The notes beneath the pieces were generated by a model. It made no database searches, had not been told where the DNA came from, and worked only from the letters and a program-made list of their open reading frames with translations. This document shows positions 7,383 to 14,200 of a stretch of DNA of 17,002 bases, in pieces. This DNA comes from a virus. Location of the stretch: positions 1 to 17,002 of IMG/VR virus record IMGVR_UViG_3300045988_176326; one strand, 5' to 3'. The translations under genes and the position numbers were made by a program. Positions within the stretch are counted from its first letter, which is position 1, and each line of letters opens with the position of its first letter.

Positions 7383-7602
7383 CTGGATGGGCTGGACGGT
7401 GAAGGCCGATTCCGTGTCCCAGACCTTGTACTGGAAATTCAGGTCATAGACCGGGACGATCGGAGCGATGCGGCTGATGATGGAGTTCTCTTCGGTGTTC
7501 CCGGACCCCGCGGAATAGGAGGTCAGGACATCGGTGAACTGAACGGCGGAGCAAAATGGAGTAGCCCTTGTTCTTGGTCTTTCTGTTGGTTGGGGTTAAT
7601 AG

Positions 7603-8034
7603 TTAGGCTGCGGCGACCTGGTAGGACGGAACGAAGCCGATTTCCACAAGGCCCTGTTCCCACTGGGCATGAATAACGCGGGCATAGACGGTGTCGCCGC
7701 TGGCGGCGGCCTTCCATGTCCCGTTGGCCGTGATGGTGACGGGCGTTCCGGCGTTGATGGTTCCGGGCGTGTCGGATAGAGCCGCCTTGATCAGGCCGGC
7801 ATACATTCCGACGAGCGCGGCGACGCAGGTTCCCTTGTTGGGCTGTCCCTGCAGGACGACGCCGAGCAGCTGCGTCTGCGTGGGGATGGCGGACAACGGA
7901 GTTCCGACAAATTCGGGGATGTCAGGATTGGCGGTCAGCGCCACGACGGTTCCTTCCTGTCCGCACAGGTCAACGCCTTCAGGGGCGTTGAAATAGACGA
8001 TGGCGCTTTTCTGGGTTACGTTGAGTGATGGCAT
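7603..8034 (-). CDS. DUF2190-like small beta protein (head decoration / capsid-associated candidate)
   Basis: 143-aa ORF with ATG 8034..8032, Gly/Val/Ala/Thr-rich (LGVVLQGQPNKGTCVAALVGMYAG...GTPVTITANGTW). It sits between the protease/scaffold and the capsid gene, where DUF2190 proteins are commonly found. Confidence 0.55.
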   Translation of the reverse strand: MPSLNVTQKSAIVYFNAPEGVDLCGQEGTVVALTANPDIPEFVGTPLSAIPTQTQLLGVVLQGQPNKGTCVAALVGMYAGLIKAALSDTPGTINAGTPVTITANGTWKAAASGDTVYARVIHAQWEQGLVEIGFVPSYQVAAA

Positions 8035-8052
8035 TGGTTGATATGGGTTAAG

Positions 8053-9165
8053 TTATCGGTTGGCGGAGACGATGAAGCCTTCTTCGGTCGCTTTCTGGTA
8101 GGCGTCATAGCGCTTCATGCCGTCCTTGATCAGTTCGTTGACGCGGTTGTTGAATCCGTCAATGGATTCCTTCTTGCGGAATGGGTCAGGGGGATTCAGC
8201 GTCGCGCGGCGGTTCAGAGGCGTCCTTTTCGGCAGTTCCTTCTTTTCCTCCTGATCCGGTTTTTTGGGCGGAGTCTGGCGGTTGAGCGCACGGATAAAAG
8301 CGTTCAGCGCGGCGGGGCTTTCCCGGAGAGAGTTTTTCAGCTCTTCCCGGCGTTCTTCCGTGAATTCCTCGCGTTCTTCCTCGTCCAGCGCGTTTTCGTA
8401 CGTGCTGACGGCGTCGTCCACTTCGGCGTTCACGTGGTCTTTCTCACGCTTTTCCAGCGAGAGCAGTTCATCAAGGCGTCCGAGGATCGCCCTGCTCATG
8501 TCGTCGGTGCCGTCAAATTCGACATCCAGCTTGTCAAGCAGGGAGTCGAACAGGGCCCGCTGGGCCTTGTCCATCTCCTTGGACGGATATTCTCTATCGT
8601 CGTTTTCCATATTGGTTTTCTGGGTTGTTTCCCCCTCTTCGGGGCTTTTGGGGTCGCCCCCGGCCTCGTCGGAGGCGGGGGAAGTCTGTCGGTTGACCAG
8701 AGGCCGCTTTCCCTTGATGCGCGGCCGGTTGGTCAGAGCGAAGCCGGTCAGACGCGACGGGCGGTAGACGCCGTCCGTCAAAGTCATGCCTTCGCCATAT
8801 TCGGTGGATGATTGCGTGTATTCCTTGTCCTGCAGCATCTTCAGGCCGCGCGGCGTCCATTCGATGAACCCGTAGAGTTCCAGCGTGCCGGAAGGGTCGC
8901 GGTAGGTGTCCAGCCTCTTGAGCCATCCGAGGGCCCGAGTATCGCGGGAAAGGTCGTGGCTCAGGTGGTCGCCGTCGATGAGCATGCCCGGGCCGTCAAA
9001 GGTGCGGGCGTTGAAGTCGTCCACCATGTCCCGGATCGCCTGCTCGTCGATGCGCAACACGGCGGGACCCTCGCCGTAGTCAACGTCATGGTCTCCGCTT
9101 TTCTCAACGTGGAACCAGCCGTTGGCGGGTCGGGACAGGTCATTGATTTGTTTCGTGCTGATCAT
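8053..9165 (-). CDS. Prohead protease / scaffold fusion, Mu gpI-like
   Basis: 370-aa ORF. The N-terminal half carries IDGDHLSH, ALGWLKRL and GFALTNRPRI, matching the D-x-E-H / AAGWI / LTN-x-P landmarks I recall for Mu-like prophage protease I. The C-terminal half is a highly charged Glu/Lys/Asp/Arg coiled-coil-like scaffold region. It lies directly after the portal gene with a 26-nt overlap. Confidence 0.8.
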   Translation of the reverse strand: MISTKQINDLSRPANGWFHVEKSGDHDVDYGEGPAVLRIDEQAIRDMVDDFNARTFDGPGMLIDGDHLSHDLSRDTRALGWLKRLDTYRDPSGTLELYGFIEWTPRGLKMLQDKEYTQSSTEYGEGMTLTDGVYRPSRLTGFALTNRPRIKGKRPLVNRQTSPASDEAGGDPKSPEEGETTQKTNMENDDREYPSKEMDKAQRALFDSLLDKLDVEFDGTDDMSRAILGRLDELLSLEKREKDHVNAEVDDAVSTYENALDEEEREEFTEERREELKNSLRESPAALNAFIRALNRQTPPKKPDQEEKKELPKRTPLNRRATLNPPDPFRKKESIDGFNNRVNELIKDGMKRYDAYQKATEEGFIVSANR

Positions 9166-10588
9166 CGGTAAATCCTTTCATGAGTCCGGCGTAAATCATT
9201 TGCTGAAGCTGTTCATAAGCATCGGGCGGAATGAGTGCTTTTTCCGGTTCCCTGTTGGCCGCCGCCGTCACCGGAACGGGGTCCTGCGTGTCCTCGATCG
9301 ACATGCCGATCTTTTCTTCAATCTCGGTCTTCTCGGGGCGGACGCCTCCGTCGGCAAGCGCGGCGATTTCCTCGGCTTTCTGCAGCGGGGTCTGGACGGT
9401 GTCAAAAGTGATGTGGAGGCGGGCCAGCGGTTCGCCGTCTCCCAGGACAAGCGGGCTGATGGCGGCGTTAAAAGCTTCGGCGACCTTGGAACAGACCGCG
9501 GAGACGACCGAATTCCAGCTATCCGTGTGCGCTCCCCCGGCCAGCGTGCCGGATCCTGATTCATTCAGGACGGTCAGAGTGCCGGCCATTACAAACCGCA
9601 CCTGGTCCTTGTCGGACATGTTGATTCGGGATAGGAAATAGTTTTCGTTGATGTTGGAGGCTTTCAACGGTTCGGCGGTGCAGCCGGGAGGAAGCACAAT
9701 GGAGGCTCCCGATTTGAGTTCCTCACAGGCCCGTTCCAGCGCGTCCATGACGGCGGCGCTCGCGTCCTTGGGCGCCGTGATGATGACCGGGGCGCTCCCG
9801 TAGCGGTCCATATGGTTGTCCCACGTAACTTTGGCGTGATTCCGCTCAAAAGAGGCGCGGGTTGCCGGAAAAAGAATGGGGTTCCGGTGCTCCATGACCA
9901 CGAGCGTTTCTTCCTCTACGCTCTCGCCCGTGTCGACCCCGATGTAGCACTGGGGATTAAACTGCCATTCGTTCAGCTCTCCGGGCCGCACCCAGTATCG
10001 CTGCGGGATGAATTCAAAGCGGCGGCCCCAGGAATCTTCGATGTATTGGAGGTGGGCGTACCCGTAAAACATAGCGGAGGCCAACTGCCCAAAGGCCTGT
10101 TGAAGTCCGGTGACGGAGTGATAGAATTCTTCCAGCGCGTTCTGCTGACGCTGGGCTTCCGGGCTGTCGTCCGCGGCGTCAATCTTCCATCCCTGCATGG
10201 AGACGCTTTCAATGAGCCGGGAATAGAGCATGCCCATCAAGCCGTCCGAGTAGATGACCTCGTCCCAAATGAGCATTTGGCGGGCAAAGGCTCCACGCCG
10301 CGCTTCGTTCCGGGCGTCAATCAGGGTTTGCAGGTCGGCGCCCTGTAACGGGTCCCAATATTCGTACCATTGAGGCTGGTTAGGCTTCCGGCTCTGTTCC
10401 GTCAACGCTCGCCGGGCCAGGTCCGTTTCAAGCTCCTTGATTCTGGTCTCCTGTTGGGCTACCAGCTTCGGGGCGTTGAGGATATTTTTGACGGCGTTAA
10501 ACCTGAGGCTAAAGAAAAGGTGGTTGCAGGGGAAGGAGTTGGACCTTCGATTCGGGGACAGGAACCCCGCGTGATACCGTTTCACCAC
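9140..10588 (-). CDS. Portal protein (possibly Mu gp29 / DUF935-type)
   Basis: 482-aa ORF between TerL and the prohead protease, with the size and position typical of portals. The start is GTG 10588 (or GTG 10585). The first 30 or so residues look non-globular, so the true start may be further in. Confidence 0.8.
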   Translation of the reverse strand: MVKRYHAGFLSPNRRSNSFPCNHLFFSLRFNAVKNILNAPKLVAQQETRIKELETDLARRALTEQSRKPNQPQWYEYWDPLQGADLQTLIDARNEARRGAFARQMLIWDEVIYSDGLMGMLYSRLIESVSMQGWKIDAADDSPEAQRQQNALEEFYHSVTGLQQAFGQLASAMFYGYAHLQYIEDSWGRRFEFIPQRYWVRPGELNEWQFNPQCYIGVDTGESVEEETLVVMEHRNPILFPATRASFERNHAKVTWDNHMDRYGSAPVIITAPKDASAAVMDALERACEELKSGASIVLPPGCTAEPLKASNINENYFLSRINMSDKDQVRFVMAGTLTVLNESGSGTLAGGAHTDSWNSVVSAVCSKVAEAFNAAISPLVLGDGEPLARLHITFDTVQTPLQKAEEIAALADGGVRPEKTEIEEKIGMSIEDTQDPVPVTAAANREPEKALIPPDAYEQLQQMIYAGLMKGFTDDQHETNQ

Positions 10589-10601
10589 CCTGCGATTGCT
10601 T

Positions 10602-10639
10602 ACATATCGTCATATATTGATATCTTGATATGTTGTCAA
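10602..10639 (-). promoter_or_regulatory. AT-rich dyad/direct-repeat element with promoter-like hexamers between terL and the portal gene
   Basis: Minus strand: TTGACA (10639..10634), 17-nt spacer, TATATG (10616..10611). Inverted repeat ACATATC (10602..10608) / GATATGT (10627..10633). Tandem TTGATATC/TTGATATG at 10617..10632. Confidence 0.3.
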
Positions 10640-10641
10640 CC

Positions 10642-11988
10642 CTAATATCTCCCGTAAGCGCGTTTTGATGACACGGGACGGGCGTACCAGGCTCCCAGCG
10701 TCCGCGCCAGTCCGCTGTTCCGGCGCGCGTGCCAGGCCATCACAAGGGCGTCGGCCCGGTCTGGGGAACGAACGCCCCGCTTTGCCATATCTTCTTTGCT
10801 TTCAATGCGGACGCGGCCTATTGCGTCGGTTTGGAGTCGTGGAGCAACCAGCTGCTCAATCGTATCCTCGTCAATGTCGAGGATGAGTTCTTTTTCTTCG
10901 ATGGCGCGGGCGAGAGCCCGCCATGCCTGGGCTCGCAGATTGACAAAGGCTTGTGTGTCATCCGCCGGAAACCCGCCGCGGTAGGAGTGCACCGGAAAGC
11001 CCTCGGCGCGGAAGTCATCAATGATGGGGAGCCCTAGGCCGTCGCCGTCGGCAAAGATGCGGTCGGCAGAGATGCCGAGTTCGGCGGCCTTCCGGCGGAA
11101 ACGTCCGCGCGCTCCTACGGTGTCCGGGTCGGACCAGTGGTCGGCGATGAAAAAACGGTTGCCCTGCCCGGCCGCAAAGACGTTTTCATCGCCTCCCGCG
11201 GCAAAGTCGAAGCCGCCGCAGGTCTCTCCGGTGTCCAGGAAGGGAGGCGGGTTGTTGACCAGCTCCATGAGAGCGCGGCGGGAAATGACGGATTGTCCGT
11301 CAAGGTCGGTGAATTCACCAAGGATGGCCGAGCGGTAGAAGGAGGACTGCTCACCATATTCTTTTTTCAGGCGTTCGGCCTTGCCCGGGTCGTTGATTTC
11401 AATGTGCGGGCAATCCTCGTATTTGACGCGGATTTTGTAGTAGAGCGATGAATTTTTGTGAAAGCAGTCGTAGAAGGTGCCGGAATCGGCGCCCGGCGAC
11501 GAGGTGATGAACGCGTGAAAGAGCGTGCAGCGGGAAACGGCGGTGAAGATGGAGTCCGGAATGGTTTTGGCCTCGTCCAGGACGTAAAAGACAGGATCCA
11601 CGTCGGGCGAGATTTTTGGATGCCATCCTTCCGCACGTCCCGCGTTGTCGGTGGAGAAACCCACGGCAAAGCCTCCCTCCGGCGTGCGGATCTCCGTCTT
11701 GTTGAAGGTCCAGCCGGAAAAGAAAGGATTGTCCATGTAGCGGCGGAGCGCGGGAAAGAGCTGCTTTTCCACCTGCATCCACGATGAGGACGTAACGGGG
11801 ACCTGTCCCCGCGGAAAACAGGTGAGAAAGTACAGGATGGCGGGAGCGATGCAGTTGCTTGTCTTGCCGGATCCGTTAGGAGCGACCAGAGCCACGCTTT
11901 TCCCTCCCAGGGTCAGCTTACCCAGGGACAACGCCTTGATGGACTCCACCTGCCATGGATAGGGGTCAAGGCGGAGGATATGGCGCAA
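10642..11988 (-). CDS. terL: Terminase large subunit
   Basis: 448 aa. Walker A VAPNGSGKT, Walker B-like FYVLDEA, a C-terminal nuclease-type acidic motif GFDFAAGGDE, and a late SPDRADAL. Follows terS. The track start is TTG 11988; there is no ATG near the 5' end. Confidence 0.9.
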   Translation of the reverse strand: MRHILRLDPYPWQVESIKALSLGKLTLGGKSVALVAPNGSGKTSNCIAPAILYFLTCFPRGQVPVTSSSWMQVEKQLFPALRRYMDNPFFSGWTFNKTEIRTPEGGFAVGFSTDNAGRAEGWHPKISPDVDPVFYVLDEAKTIPDSIFTAVSRCTLFHAFITSSPGADSGTFYDCFHKNSSLYYKIRVKYEDCPHIEINDPGKAERLKKEYGEQSSFYRSAILGEFTDLDGQSVISRRALMELVNNPPPFLDTGETCGGFDFAAGGDENVFAAGQGNRFFIADHWSDPDTVGARGRFRRKAAELGISADRIFADGDGLGLPIIDDFRAEGFPVHSYRGGFPADDTQAFVNLRAQAWRALARAIEEKELILDIDEDTIEQLVAPRLQTDAIGRVRIESKEDMAKRGVRSPDRADALVMAWHARRNSGLARTLGAWYARPVSSKRAYGRY

Positions 11989-12021
11989 GAAGAAGCTGAC
12001 GGGGATTCGTGTCCTGACGGG

Positions 12022-12471
12022 TTAGGGATGGAGTTTGCCGGCGATGGTTTCCAGCGCGGTTTTCTCGTCTTCCTGCAGCTGGGCTAGCTGATCGGGGTCC
12101 AGCGTGATTTTCCGTTCCAGCGGCGCGCCGGGAACGCCGGCGACATCCTGGCGGACCCGGTCTCCGAATTTCTCCGGCGCGAAGCGGGCGGCGACTTTCA
12201 GCCGGGTTTCAATGGCGAGCTTCTTCGCGGCGACGGAGGCGGAGCCGCATTCCGGGTCAAGGGCGACTTTCGCGGCTTCGTCGGCCAGCTCCTGACAGGC
12301 GTCAATCATAGCTTCCGACTGCGCTTCCCGCGCGCGTTGAATGAGTTTGGAAAACTCCGGCTTTGTTTCACGCCAGTTCCAGACCGTCCAGACCTCCGGC
12401 ATGTGGTCATCGGAGCAGATGGATTTCATGGTTTCTCCGTTGGCAAGGCGGGAGGCTATTTCGGCGGCCAA
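12022..12471 (-). CDS. terS: Terminase small subunit (HTH type); probably 5'-extended to about 12516
   Basis: 149 aa from TTG 12471. IASRLANGETMKSICSDDHMPEVWTVWNW...FSKLIQRAREAQSEAMIDACQELAD...RLKVAARFAPEKFGD matches the common small-terminase layout (N-terminal HTH, then a helical oligomerisation region). Lies directly upstream of terL. The conserved-looking KRKPGRPSLYTEE lies upstream of the TTG in the same frame. Confidence 0.75.
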   Translation of the reverse strand: MAAEIASRLANGETMKSICSDDHMPEVWTVWNWRETKPEFSKLIQRAREAQSEAMIDACQELADEAAKVALDPECGSASVAAKKLAIETRLKVAARFAPEKFGDRVRQDVAGVPGAPLERKITLDPDQLAQLQEDEKTALETIAGKLHP

Positions 12472-12539
12472 TTCTTCGGTGTAGAGGCTCGGCCGCCCCG
12501 GTTTTCTTTTGGTAATAGGTTTATTTTTCCTGCGGCTCT

Positions 12540-12569
12540 ATTATAGGAGGCAACGGATATCCAATTCAA
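12540..12569 (-). promoter_or_regulatory. Near-consensus sigma70-type promoter facing terS (candidate late promoter)
   Basis: Minus strand: TTGAAT (12569..12564), 18-nt spacer, TATAAT (12545..12540). Sits about 70 nt upstream of the TTG start of terS and downstream of a terminator. Confidence 0.5.
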
Positions 12570-12640
12570 GCGCGTTGTTTGTTCTTGATTCGGCACGGGG
12601 GCCGGATGGCGGATCCTGGAGGCTCCATCCGTCCCGGAAT

Positions 12641-12677
12641 AAAAAAGGGGCGGCTTCGAAAAAAACCGCCCCTTTTT
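12641..12677. terminator. Bidirectional intrinsic terminator
   Basis: AAAAAA-GGGGCGG-(12-nt loop)-CCGCCCC-TTTTT. The 7-bp all-GC stem (12647..12653 / 12666..12672) is flanked by an A-run and a T-run, so it reads as hairpin plus U-tract on both strands. Confidence 0.65.
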
Positions 12678-12790
12678 AAGGGAAATGGGCGTTGCCGCCC
12701 GGATGATCTTGCGATCGTTTTAATCCACAGCCCCGAAGGGCTGAACGTTCAGAAAGAACGCCTCCTCCTATCATTTTTTGATGGAGGACG
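12641..12790 (-). ncRNA. Candidate structured RNA / leader: three hairpins ending at the intrinsic terminator
   Basis: On minus-strand RNA: CCUCC-AUC/GAU-A-GGAGG hairpin (12764..12787), CAGCCC-UUCG-GGGCUG (12728..12743, cUUCGg tetraloop), GGGCG-GCAA-CGCCC (12687..12700, GNRA tetraloop), then the terminator. I found no convincing promoter for it, so the call is tentative. Confidence 0.25.
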
Positions 12791-12825
12791 ACAACGAAAA
12801 AAATCTTCTTTTTTCATTTTTTCTC

Positions 12826-12854
12826 TTGCTATACTAAACATTGTTTAGTATATT
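12826..12854 (+). promoter_or_regulatory. Promoter-like element with embedded perfect palindromic operator for the plus-strand cassette
   Basis: TTGCTA (12826..12831), 17-nt spacer, TATATT (12849..12854). The palindrome ATACTAAACA-T-TGTTTAGTAT (12831..12851; 10-bp arms, 1-nt centre) fills the spacer and touches both hexamers. Confidence 0.5.
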
Positions 12855-12924
12855 GACCTTGTTGACGGGAGGTAAGGGACCGAACGAAGACACAATCCAA
12901 AACCAAATCAGAAAGAACAAGACA

Positions 12925-13206
12925 ATGAACGACAACAAAATCATCACCACGGAAGACGGCGAAGAAATCAATCTGAGCGCGCTTGAACGCGAATTCGGTA
13001 GCTATGATTTTGAAGGACACACCTACTATGCTGCTCGCCAAATGGAATTAACCAATCGTCTTTTTGCCGGATGCTACAACGACGCGGAAGACGAAAACGG
13101 AAACCCCGTGGAAATCTTCATGACTTTCACGCAGGTGAAAGGTGAAGAGATAGACCCGGAAAACCTTAACTGGTTCCAGGACTCCGACCGCGTTGAAGCC
13201 CTCTAA
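12925..13206 (+). CDS. Small highly acidic protein (93 aa), unknown function; anti-defence / DNA-mimic candidate
   Basis: ATG 12925 inside track ORF 12841..13206 (which starts at a TTG within the operator). Counted 8 Asp + 14 Glu versus 2 Lys + 4 Arg (net about -16). Lower GC than the flanks: 25/60 and 27/60 G+C in the lines starting at 12901 and 12961. No strong SD. Confidence 0.65.
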   Translation: MNDNKIITTEDGEEINLSALEREFGSYDFEGHTYYAARQMELTNRLFAGCYNDAEDENGNPVEIFMTFTQVKGEEIDPENLNWFQDSDRVEAL

Positions 13207-13214
13207 CCATGATT

Positions 13215-13238
13215 CCAGGGCGGTGCATGCCGCCCTGG
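13215..13238 (+). other. GC-rich intercistronic hairpin between the acidic gene and the HTH gene
   Basis: CCAGGGCGG-TGCATG-CCGCCCTGG (9-bp stem, 6-nt loop). No U-tract follows, and it ends 7 nt before the ATG of the HTH gene. Confidence 0.45.
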
Positions 13239-13245
13239 CACAGCT

Positions 13246-13455
13246 ATGACTATTCAAGAATTTGTTGATTGGGTGCAGTCCAGATACCATTTGCGATCCA
13301 AAACTTCTGCGGTCAAAAAGGCTGCGCAAATGTTGCGTGTGACGGAAATGGCGGTGTGGCAATGGTTGGGCGGGTCCAGAAAAACGAGTCCGTCGATGGA
13401 TCTTCTGATGAATTTAATCATGGAACGAGGGACGACCAAAAATCTCCCCCGCTGA
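13246..13455 (+). CDS. Small HTH DNA-binding protein (Cro/YdaS-like, 69 aa); candidate autoregulator of the cassette
   Basis: SAVKKAAQMLRVTEMAVWQWLGGSR fits the helix-turn-helix pattern (A-A-x-x-L-x-V-[ST]-x-x-x-V-x-x-W) of Cro/YdaS-type phage regulators. Second gene of the plus-strand pair. Confidence 0.7.
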   Translation: MTIQEFVDWVQSRYHLRSKTSAVKKAAQMLRVTEMAVWQWLGGSRKTSPSMDLLMNLIMERGTTKNLPR

Positions 13456-13462
13456 TTTTCCT

Positions 13463-14200
13463 TCATCCTCCCTGTTCCGCTTCTTCTCTCAATTCCCGGA
13501 AAGAAGACCATTCGCAGGTGATGACGCCTCCAGCTTCATGCATCCGGCTGACAATGGCGGGACCCAACGCAGGTTCAACCTCTTCCGCCCGGAGGTTGGA
13601 TATGATGCAAGTGGGTTTCCCTGACTGGAAGCGGGCATCTACCAGCCGATCGATTGAGTAGGCCGCGAAGTCTGAACGCTTCAGCTCGTGGAACTCGTCA
13701 AGAACGAGAAAGTAGGGCCGCTTGAAACGGGACATCACGCCCTTTTCGCGAGCTTTTTCGTCCTGACGCAGGGCAAGGCAAAAATCATAAGCCTTGCTGT
13801 ACCGGCAAGACCTTCCAAGGCGCGTCAGCCCACGGGCAATGGATGAAGCCATGACGGTTTTCCCTGTGCCGCATGGGCCATGCAGCGCTACAATCGCGCC
13901 GGGCGTTTTCACCAGCGCGCTTACGCGACGCCTGGCGGCTTTCCACGGCGTTTCACCGTCCGGCAACGTATCCAGGGCATGAAGGGCCCGGCGCGGGAAT
14001 CCGGAAGATGACAGAAGGCAGAACTCGTCCTCCCGGCGCTGCAGTTCTTCCCTCATGGCTGCCTCCAGGGCGGCGCGTTCCTCCGTTTCCGGGTCGTCCG
14101 TTACCAAGGCTTCCAGGCGGTTCAGGATCCCGGCTATTTCCTGGTCGTCGCACAGGGCGGCGGCGGAATGTACATTGTTCATGTTAATGTTAATAGCCAT
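13463..14200 (-). CDS. DnaC/IstB-like AAA+ ATPase (replicative helicase loader)
   Basis: 245 aa. Walker A GPCGTGKT, Walker B FLVLDEFHE. Immediately downstream of the replisome-organiser gene with an 11-nt overlap. ATG 14182 is an alternative start. Confidence 0.85.
   Translation of the reverse strand: MAININMNNVHSAAALCDDQEIAGILNRLEALVTDDPETEERAALEAAMREELQRREDEFCLLSSSGFPRRALHALDTLPDGETPWKAARRRVSALVKTPGAIVALHGPCGTGKTVMASSIARGLTRLGRSCRYSKAYDFCLALRQDEKAREKGVMSRFKRPYFLVLDEFHELKRSDFAAYSIDRLVDARFQSGKPTCIISNLRAEEVEPALGPAIVSRMHEAGGVITCEWSSFRELREEAEQGG

Noticed and set aside
11989-12024. terS and terL are in the same reading frame, separated by one TAA and 11 sense codons (possible read-through fusion)
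   Set aside because: Sharing a frame has a 1-in-3 chance expectation. I see no known read-through context, and TerS-TerL fusion by stop suppression is not an established mechanism. I noted it only because terL has no ATG start.
12686-12701. Minus-strand GGGCGGCAACGC resembles the lambda cohesive end GGGCGGCGACCT (9 of 12 positions)
   Set aside because: The match is partial. The motif is also simply the GNRA hairpin stem. The 448-aa TerL is not lambda gpA-like, so no cos assignment can be supported without end mapping.
12749-12817. 22-aa minus-strand micro-ORF MKKEDFFRCRPPSKNDRRRRSF in the intergenic region
   Set aside because: It has no convincing RBS and no coupling to neighbours. It is built from hairpin arms, so it is probably fortuitous. 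It would be worth revisiting only if ribosome profiling shows occupancy.
12579-12848. 89-aa plus-strand ORF in the intergenic region
   Set aside because: It runs straight through the bidirectional terminator and several hairpins into the operator palindrome. It has a low-complexity basic sequence.
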